Shown in pieces: positions 47,758 through 55,500 of a stretch of 64,000 nucleotides of DNA. The DNA is taken from the IMG/VR virus record IMGVR_UViG_2671180089_000001, positions 32,001 through 96,000 of that record; one strand, 5' to 3'. Position numbers and translations under genes: made by a program. The stretch's first letter is position 1; every line of letters begins with the position of its first letter. The notes below the pieces were generated by a model that ran no database searches, was not told the DNA's origin, and saw only the letters and a program-made list of their open reading frames with translations. The stretch comes from a virus (lineage: Duplodnaviria; Caudoviricetes).

Positions 47758-49059
47758 TCAGCCGGCCGGCTGGGTCCAGGTGCCGATGACGAAGGACTCC
47801 GGCCGCGGGACCTCGAGCGCCAGGCGCTCGTCGGCGCGGAAGGTGATCAGGCCCTTCTCGTAGTTCTCCGCGTTCTCCGAGGAGACGGTGACGGAGACGT
47901 TCTCGCGGTCGTGGAGCTGCGCGCCGAGACCGAACGCACCGATGAGGAAGTCGGTGTCAGCCATCGCGGTCGTCTCAACGACGTTGAGGCGCCACACCTT
48001 CTTCTCGGCGCCGATGGCGACGGCGATGGCGACGCGGAAGGCGCCGTTCTTGTCCTCCTCGACCTCGACGTGCTCCCACATCGTGGGCGACAGGACGATG
48101 CCGGTCGGGTCGTACTCGGCGAGCAGGGCCTTCGTGATGCTGCGCCGGATCTGGACGCTGTACTGGTCGGTCGCGATACCGGTGTACTGCTGAACGCCCG
48201 GGGTGTTGTAGATGCCGGTGAGGGACTGGCCGTCGCCGACGGAGTGCAGGAGGTCCCAGTCCTCGGCGTACTTGACGCCCTCCACCATGCGGGTGTTGAT
48301 GAAGGTCTTGAGGCGGGGCTCGTCGGACAGGATGTTCTTGTGCGCGTCGAGCAGGTGGGCGACCTCGGCGACCGGGTACATCACGGGCGTGAGCGTGAGC
48401 TTCGACCGCGGGGCGCGGCCCCAGGTGTCGGTGTCGGCGCCGGTGGCCGGCGACGTGCCGTCCGCGGCGTACCGCTCCTTGACCTGGCGGGCGTTGTTCG
48501 TCCAGCCGGTCTCTCGCGCGCCGTAGAGCACGGCGTTCTTGGTGGTCGACTTCGGGAACAGGTCGCGGATGTGGAACTTCCGGAACGGGCGCTCCGTGAT
48601 GCCCAGGTTCTGCGCGGAGCCCAGGGTCTGGTGGGTCACGGTGCCCGCGGACAGGGAGAAGATGGACTTCCCCTCGATGTCGGCGCGGATGTACGGCTTG
48701 TCACGGAAGTGCTGGGCGGTGGCGCTCTGGAAGGAGCCGGACTCGACGAAGAGGTCGCCGAGGGATTTCTCCTCGACGCCCATGGGGCGCTGGCCGTAGT
48801 GGCTGGCCGCGGCCGGCGCGGACTCCGGGGCCTCGAGGTACTGCTTGATCTCGGTCAGGCCCTGCTCGGCGTCGATGAGGGCCTTGATCTCCTGAGCCTC
48901 GCCGGAGACCTTCCGGAACTCCCGGGCCTGCTCGGTGGAGACGACGAACTGGCCGCCGTCCTCGACCTTGAAGGTCTGGCTGATCCGCTCGGCTTCGGCG
49001 GACTTGACCTGGAGCGCCTTCTGCAGCTCCTCGATACGGCTGGTGGTGGCGGTAGGCAT
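47758..49059 (-). CDS. major capsid protein (HK97 fold)
   Basis: IRDLFP, EDWDLL...GDGQSLTGI, ITFRADERLAL.V.RPESF. Confidence 0.95.
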   Translation of the reverse strand: MPTATTSRIEELQKALQVKSAEAERISQTFKVEDGGQFVVSTEQAREFRKVSGEAQEIKALIDAEQGLTEIKQYLEAPESAPAAASHYGQRPMGVEEKSLGDLFVESGSFQSATAQHFRDKPYIRADIEGKSIFSLSAGTVTHQTLGSAQNLGITERPFRKFHIRDLFPKSTTKNAVLYGARETGWTNNARQVKERYAADGTSPATGADTDTWGRAPRSKLTLTPVMYPVAEVAHLLDAHKNILSDEPRLKTFINTRMVEGVKYAEDWDLLHSVGDGQSLTGIYNTPGVQQYTGIATDQYSVQIRRSITKALLAEYDPTGIVLSPTMWEHVEVEEDKNGAFRVAIAVAIGAEKKVWRLNVVETTAMADTDFLIGAFGLGAQLHDRENVSVTVSSENAENYEKGLITFRADERLALEVPRPESFVIGTWTQPAG

Positions 49060-49141
49060 TTGGGGTGCTCTCCCTGTGCTGGGTGCGGTTGACGTGCGTC
49101 GCTCGCCCGGCCAGCACCGGGACGCCTCAACGCGAGGCGTG

Positions 49142-49170
49142 ATGAAAGAGAAGGAGAGGGGTTAACGTCG
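49142..49170 (-). promoter_or_regulatory. late promoter motif (capsid; deviant -10)
   Basis: CGACGTTA-N15-TTTCAT. Confidence 0.5.
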
Positions 49171-49171
49171 C

Positions 49172-49207
49172 GTGCTGCCCGCTTGGGACGTCAAGAGCGG
49201 GCAGCAC
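49172..49207. terminator. stem-loop after the protease gene
   Basis: gtgctgcccgct / agcgggcagcac stem. Confidence 0.65.
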
Positions 49208-49283
49208 ACGGGGTTTGACCTGCTGCTTTGTTCTCGGAGGTGTGTAGGGCCCGCAGGGAGAGGTGCGGGGTCGGGGATGTAAC

Positions 49284-51209
49284 TCAGCTCCGCATCAGGG
49301 CGAGTGCGGCCTTCACCTCGTCGGGGTCCAGGCGGACGGTGTCCTCCGGCTTTGCCGCCGGTTCGGCGTCCTCTTCCTCGTCGTCGTCCTCGGGGCCGGT
49401 GTTTTCGTCGTCGCCGAAGGTGCTGTCGTCCCAGAGGTCCAGTCCGGCACTGCCGCGGGCCGGGCCGCCCGTGGCCGGGGGTTCCTCCTCGTCGCCGACG
49501 TCGAGGCCCTTCGCGGACAGTGCGGCGATCAGTTCCTGGACCTTGTCGCGGACGTCCTCGAGCTGCTCCGGGCTGGCCGTACTGCTGCTGACACGGGCGG
49601 TCGCGTCGGCGAGTGCTCCGACGGTCGGCTGTACGACGCGGGCGTCGACGTCCTCGTCTGCGGAGGCGGTGCGGGCCGCGCTAGTGCCCTCGGGCACGAC
49701 GATCGTGGCGAGCTCCACGGGCTGCGGCTTGTCGAGGGTGATCTCGCCGGCCGTCACCGTGTACGGGATGGCGTAGTGGCTGCTGCGCCGCTCGTCCTCG
49801 GTGTGCACGGAGACGATGACGCGGTCGGGGTAGGTGCCCTCGATGCAGGTCCAGGTGTTGCCGTCCTGGTCGAGGAGTTCGCGGACGGCGTCGGCAAGAC
49901 GGGCGCGGAACTGCTCCTGCGACTCGGGCAGCGTCTTGGGCGACATCACAGGGGCCTCCAGCGGGGCGGAGTGGCTCTTGGCCTCGGCGACCATGGAGCG
50001 GGCGGATTTGTGCTCGATGCGGGGCAGTGCGCGGGCGGACTTCACAGCGGCGTGCGCGGACTTCTTCTCGCCGCCAAGGGCCTGGTAGCGGCCCATGACT
50101 CCGTCGGCGAACTCCTTGGCCTGGGGCGAGGCCTTCGGGCCAGGGGCTTGGGGGAGGGCGGCGCCGGCCAGGAGAGCCCACGGCGTCTCGCGGCACTCCG
50201 GCCGCAGGAGGGGCATGTCCGGGAGGGCCGTGATCGGCCACCAGGCGGTTACCTCGGTTGCGTCGCCCTGGGGGTCGTCTGGGTTCGTGACTCGGCGCTC
50301 TCCGTGTGGCGCGTTGATCGGCACGGAGTCCTCGGTGGGGACCACGGCGACGTAGCCGCGGTAGATGCCGTTCGGGGCGGTCCAGGAGCCGACGACGCTG
50401 GCCGTTCCCGGCAGGGTCGACCCAGTCTCCTCGGCCCACTCGCGCAGGGCGGCCGCCAGGGGATCCTCGCCGTCCTCGAGGTGCCCTCCGGGGATTTCCC
50501 AGGTGCCTGCCGCGGGGTCCTCATCGTCGAGGGCGCGCTGAATCATGAGCAGTCGGCCGGTGTCGGCGGCCTTCACTGCCAGGCCTGCGACCTTGATGGC
50601 TTCCGCGTTCGGTGTGGTGACGACGTCGATCTCGACGTGGGACGGGGTGGTCTTGTACTCGAGTCCCTCGTATCCGCCGCCGGTGACGGCCGCGGACTTT
50701 ACCTCGAGGGCGCGCGTCAGGGGGTGCGCACCGTGCAGGACGGGCGAGACCTCGAAAAGGTCCAGGTCGTGAATGATCCTGACGCCGTCGCCACGCTTGC
50801 TCGCGCCGGTGTCGGAGACGCGGTAGCCGATGCTGAACGCGGCCTGCTTGTGCTCGTGCCACTGCTTGACCTGCTCGTAGGCGTCTCGGCCCTGACGGGT
50901 GCGCAGGTTGTAGATCACAGTCGCCACGAGGGCGCCGGCTTCGGCGGGCCAGTCGCCGGGGACGTCCCGGAACCGAGGGTCGCCGGGCAGCCATTCCTCG
51001 CACTCGACGACGACGCCGACGGGGTCTTTCCACCCGTGGTGCCACACGGTCTTGACGGGGCGTGCGGCCAGGGTGCGGGCGAAGGCGCCGGGCACGATGA
51101 GGTCGGCGACCTCGTCGACCACGCCGGTGACGGCGTAGATAGCCCGGCTGGTGCCTCGCTGGGAGGTGCGGGGTACGGCGGATCTGGTGGGTGGAGCAGC
51201 GGTCGGCAC
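49284..51209 (-). CDS. HK97-type prohead protease fused to a NUDIX hydrolase and an acidic C-terminal domain
   Basis: DLIVPGAF..TL, WHH....PVG, FSIGY, LFEVSPVLHGA; NUDIX box WEIPGGHLEDGEDPLAAALREWAEETG. Confidence 0.9.
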   Translation of the reverse strand: MPTAAPPTRSAVPRTSQRGTSRAIYAVTGVVDEVADLIVPGAFARTLAARPVKTVWHHGWKDPVGVVVECEEWLPGDPRFRDVPGDWPAEAGALVATVIYNLRTRQGRDAYEQVKQWHEHKQAAFSIGYRVSDTGASKRGDGVRIIHDLDLFEVSPVLHGAHPLTRALEVKSAAVTGGGYEGLEYKTTPSHVEIDVVTTPNAEAIKVAGLAVKAADTGRLLMIQRALDDEDPAAGTWEIPGGHLEDGEDPLAAALREWAEETGSTLPGTASVVGSWTAPNGIYRGYVAVVPTEDSVPINAPHGERRVTNPDDPQGDATEVTAWWPITALPDMPLLRPECRETPWALLAGAALPQAPGPKASPQAKEFADGVMGRYQALGGEKKSAHAAVKSARALPRIEHKSARSMVAEAKSHSAPLEAPVMSPKTLPESQEQFRARLADAVRELLDQDGNTWTCIEGTYPDRVIVSVHTEDERRSSHYAIPYTVTAGEITLDKPQPVELATIVVPEGTSAARTASADEDVDARVVQPTVGALADATARVSSSTASPEQLEDVRDKVQELIAALSAKGLDVGDEEEPPATGGPARGSAGLDLWDDSTFGDDENTGPEDDDEEEDAEPAAKPEDTVRLDPDEVKAALALMRS

Positions 51210-51268
51210 GGCGGGGAACCTCCGGCGGTGGACAGTGGGCCGCCGGGCACCGTGCCGTTCGCGTTGAC

Positions 51269-51487
51269 CTACTGTCCTGCGCTGCCCTCCGCAGGCTGCT
51301 GAGGCCGCGCCTCAGCTTCGGAGCGGGCCATGGACCACCCGCGGTTCCAGTAGCGGTATCCGAACCGCTCCTCGACGCTGCCGTACATGTTGTACGGGCA
51401 GGCGTCGGAGGGGTCTCCGGCCTCGTACGCGGCCTTGCCCTCGTTGAGGCGGTCCTGGAAGTTCTGACGGTCGAGCTGAGTTGCCAC
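51269..51487 (-). CDS. ribosome modulation factor (Rmf)-like small protein
   Basis: EGKAAYEAG.....CPY.......YWNRGW matches the Rmf G..A...G.....CPY......W..GW pattern. Confidence 0.65.
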   Translation of the reverse strand: MATQLDRQNFQDRLNEGKAAYEAGDPSDACPYNMYGSVEERFGYRYWNRGWSMARSEAEARPQQPAEGSAGQ

Positions 51488-51499
51488 GGTCGGATCTCC

Positions 51500-52141
51500 T
51501 TACTGGCCCGCGAACATCGAGTCCTGGACGCCGCGGTCGCCGGCCGGGGGCGGGCCGCTCGGGGCGGCTCCTCCTGGTGCGTTCGCTCGGTCCTCGCCGT
51601 TGCGGTGCGTCTGCGTCATCTGGGCACCGTCAACGTCGGTCGCCCACGCGTCTGGGTCGGTGTAGCGCCACACTTGGCCCGCGCCGTCCCGCACCCACCC
51701 GGTCAGTGTGCCGTCTGCGGCCTTGTCGAGCCAAGCCTGTTCGCCGCTGCTGCCGGTGTACGCGCACCAGGCTTCGGGCCCGTCGGGGTCGGTTTCGTCG
51801 CCCTCGTTGTACTCGTCGCCTGCCCACGGGCGGGAGTCGTCGTCGGGTTGGTCCAGGGCGGCGCTGGGGTCTCCGCCGCCTTCTCCCTCGGGCTGAGCAC
51901 CCGGGTCCGGCGGCGCAGCGGGGTTCTCGCCGAGGTTGTCCGTGGGCGCGGCCGGGGTCGCCGTTGGGTCCTGAGCCAGGTTCTCGTCCAGGTCCTCGGT
52001 CAGCTCGTCGGAGACGCCGGGGGCGACCTCGTCGAGCGGAGCCTCTTCGGTGCCCACGGTCTCCTCGTTCTCGTCGTCTTCCTCCCCGAAAGGCTTGCCG
52101 CCCTGGGGGAGAGCCTTGATGGCGAATCCGTATCTGGTCAC
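51500..52141 (-). CDS. acidic hypothetical protein
   Basis: Leaderless GTG 6 nt after the -10; 213 aa. Confidence 0.75.
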   Translation of the reverse strand: MTRYGFAIKALPQGGKPFGEEDDENEETVGTEEAPLDEVAPGVSDELTEDLDENLAQDPTATPAAPTDNLGENPAAPPDPGAQPEGEGGGDPSAALDQPDDDSRPWAGDEYNEGDETDPDGPEAWCAYTGSSGEQAWLDKAADGTLTGWVRDGAGQVWRYTDPDAWATDVDGAQMTQTHRNGEDRANAPGGAAPSGPPPAGDRGVQDSMFAGQ

Positions 52142-52147
52142 AGGCGG

Positions 52148-52176
52148 AGGATGGGGGCACGGGGTGGCTTATGTCG
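52148..52176 (-). promoter_or_regulatory. late promoter motif (leaderless)
   Basis: CGACATAA-N15-CATCCT-N6-GTG. Confidence 0.75.
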
Positions 52177-52201
52177 CCGCCACCGCCTCACCCCGATCCG
52201 G

Positions 52202-52229
52202 CCAAGATCATTCTTGCCCAATTGGGCAA
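52202..52229 (-). repeat. palindromic motif, copy 3 (candidate parS), inverted orientation
   Basis: Reverse complement is identical to the 28 bp at 5106-5133. Confidence 0.75.
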
Positions 52230-52239
52230 GCGGCCCGGA

Positions 52240-52509
52240 TCAGCTTCCGGGCACGCGCGGTCGCCGCGGAACGGGTCCGCTCGCCTCGATGACGTTCGTG
52301 TACTCGCGGAGCACCGCCAGGACGGACGCGTCGTCGTCCCCAGCAACGGCAGCCAGGGGGCCGGTTGGTGAGAGGGCGACGCGCTCGCCCAGGTGGAGCT
52401 CCACGAGGGCCGCAGCCCGGTACGACCCGACCACCGGGCGGTCGGCCCGCCCGGTGATCTGCACGGTGTAGGTCGCACCGTCGTCGAATGAACCGGTGAC
52501 GGTGAACAC
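52240..52509 (-). CDS. hypothetical protein
   Basis: AAGGAGG...GTG directly after the giant gene. Confidence 0.7.
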   Translation of the reverse strand: MFTVTGSFDDGATYTVQITGRADRPVVGSYRAAALVELHLGERVALSPTGPLAAVAGDDDASVLAVLREYTNVIEASGPVPRRPRVPGS

Positions 52510-52520
52510 TTCCTGCCTCC

Positions 52521-55500
52521 TTACCTGGTGGCCATCAGGCCCAGGAGGAACGCGCGCAAGTCGTCGTCCTGGTACCAATCGCCGTTGAACATCGCCTGCA
52601 CGGACCGAGCGAGGGTGTCACCGGTCTCCGGTTGTGTCTGCTGCCGTCGCAGGAGCCGGTCTATCGCGCTCGGCCGCATCCGGCGTGCGCCGGGCCGGCC
52701 GGTGTGCGTCTGGCCGAACCAGAACGCCCGTTGCGCGGCGTCCAGGTCGCCGAGGTGGCGGGCGAAGTGCTGCGCCAGGGCGTGCCCGGCGGTGCCCAGT
52801 CCCTCGTCGGCGAGGTCGGCGACCGTCACCCGCTGCCCTTCCGGCTCGTAGCGGCCCTGGTTGCCGTTCAGAGCGGTCATGCGACGCGCTTCGGGGGTGT
52901 TGAGCCACGCGCGCGGGATGAGGCGCTGCACGCCCCGTACGGCGCGCTCGGCGTCCGGGTCGGTACCTGGGCCGAACACGATTGCGTTGGCGCCGTCCGG
53001 GCCCATGTCTCGGACGTCGGCCAGTGCGGCGGCCACGGCGTCGGGCACTGCGGCGGCGTACCGGGCCCGCAGGTCCTCGTACTCCCGGCGGGCGGACGCA
53101 AGCTCGCTACGGGCCGCGGTGATCTCGATCTCCAGGTCTTCGTCGTCCGGGATGGTCGCGCCGCTGCGGGCCGCTTGGAGGTTGACCACGCGCCGCTCAC
53201 TGGCCGCAACGTAATCGTCGGCGTGCTGCAGCGTGGCGTGCGGATCGTCGCCGAAGTCGTCACCGAGCACGGCGGACAGACGACGGGTCACGTCCTGGTC
53301 GACGTCGTTGCCGGCTGCCCGCAGCGCCGCCATGTGGCGAAGCGTGGTCAGGCCGGGCCCGCCATCGGCCGCCCTGTCCGGCGCCCACTGGACGCGGTCC
53401 GACCGGTCCGGAAGACGGCCCGCTGCGAGCTGCCCCCACGTCGTCGGACGCCAGAAGGTGACACGGCGCTGCGACTGACCGAACCGGCCAGGCTCCGGCA
53501 TGAGTCCGGCCCAGTGGGAGATCCGCGCGGCCAACGAGTCGCCGTCCGCGTCAGGCAGGTTCACCGCGCGGTGCAGGCGCGCCAGGCGGCGCGACTCCGG
53601 CAACTCCCGGACACGGCGGACCATGCGACCCAGGAACGCACGAAGACGGCGCAGGCGCTCGCGTGAGCTGCGGTACTTCTCGGCGATCTTTCGGGCGCCG
53701 GCCTTCACCAGCTCGGCGAGGCGCTTGGCCATCCGGACCAGGAAGGCGACGATCCGGGCCAGGAGGCCCGGCTGCCGTCCGGCGTCCGGGTTCGCCGCGG
53801 CAACCTGGGCCGCGATCCGGCGGGCGGTCGCCTGCCGAGAGCCGGCCATCTGCTGGGTGAGGATCCGGGCGAGCCGTTCCGCGTCGCCCGGATCCACCCC
53901 GGCGGCCTGGAGCTGCTGCAGGAGAGCGTTCACCGCGTCGTCTGCGTGGCCCGTGACGGCGGTCGTGACGTCCGGGTCGGCGTCCGGGTCCGTCGTCGAC
54001 GGGCGGCCGGCGATCTGGTCCGGAATGAGGCGGAGCAGGTCCCGGGCGCGGGCGGCCAAGTCCTCGTTGCTCTCCCCGTCCAGGGGCTCGAGGTCGTTGA
54101 TGGTCCGCAGGGCCGCGCGCACGGTGTCCGCGTGCGCCTGGTTGCGGGCGTCGCGGAGACGACGCTGGGCGGCCCCCCGGTCCCGCCCGGTGAGGCCCGT
54201 AGCGTCGAGTGCGGCGGAACCGTCGCCGCGGACGGCCTGGCGTGCGTCGCGCAGGGCCTCAGCGGTGAGGCGCTGCGCGATCTGATCCCGCAGGGCATGG
54301 ATGTCGCCGGGGGGCTCCGTACCTGCGATGGCCTCGTCGATGATCCGCGCGGCAAGTGCTCGTCCGTGGTCGCTGACGATCCGGTCGACGTCGCCCTGTG
54401 CGGCCTGGTTGGGGTCGCGGGGTACGCCGGCCGGGGGCAGGGCAGGGGTGGGCCGGTTGCGGTCGTAGACGTTCACGGCGCGGCCGCTGTGCAGACCGAA
54501 GTCGTGCACGTTGCCGTCCTCGTCCATGCCGGTGAGCTGCATCCACCAGCCGTTGCGGTGCGGTTCGCTGATGATGGTGAGCCGCCGGTGGCCGTTGAAC
54601 TGGTAGCCGGTCCGGCTGACCGGCGCGTCGATGACGTCGCCGACCCGAAGGCTTCCCGGGCGGACATGGGCAATGGGCGCCGTGGGCTCGTCGGGTGTAG
54701 CCGCCGGGTCCGGAGTGGTCGGTGCGACGGGAGTGGTCGGCGCGGCGGCGGGGTCGCTGCCCACACGGCGCACCGGGCCGCCAGGGGGGTTGGGCCCGGG
54801 CCCGCCTTCGGCATCCGGCGCGCCGTCGGCGTCGTCGACGTCCGGCGGGTTGACGGGGTCCGGCTCGGCCTCGGGGAGCTGCCATACCGGCATGGCTCCG
54901 TGGACAACTCGGCGGCGCCACTGCTGGTCTTCGTCCTCCAGGAGGAAGCTGCGCACGCCCCCAGGGCCGTTCTCAACGTCGATGACACGGAAGACGCGCA
55001 TCTGGTCGCCTCGGCGCTCGTCGGGCATGGCCACCAGGTCCCCCTCGCCGATCTGCGCGGCGTTCGCCGGGCGGGGCCGGTCGAGGCCCGCCGGAGGGGT
55101 CCGACCGGCGGCGCGGTCGAGGTGGTCCGCGGCCCGCAGCGCAGCGCGGCCCTCGACCGTCGTGGGGTCCGCGGCCGCGCGCAACTGCGCGGCCAAGGCC
55201 GCGGCCTGCTCGCGGGTGACGGGCAGGTCGGCGGTGATCCGTACGGCGGCCTGCTGGGCGTCGGGGTCGTCCTCCGGCCCATCGGCGTGGTCTCCGATGA
55301 GGTTCCGGTCGCTCGAATCGAGGTCCGGGTCGAGGGTCGGGCCGGTCACCGGGTCCACGCGGCGCGGGGCGGGGTGCACGGTCAGATCCTCATCCGGCTC
55401 GGGGGCGTCGTCCGGGCCGAGGTCCGGGGCGCCTCCGTCCGGGCCCTGGGCGCGCGGGAGGATCGCGCGGGCGTCGACGTTGATCTCGCCCATCTCGCCG

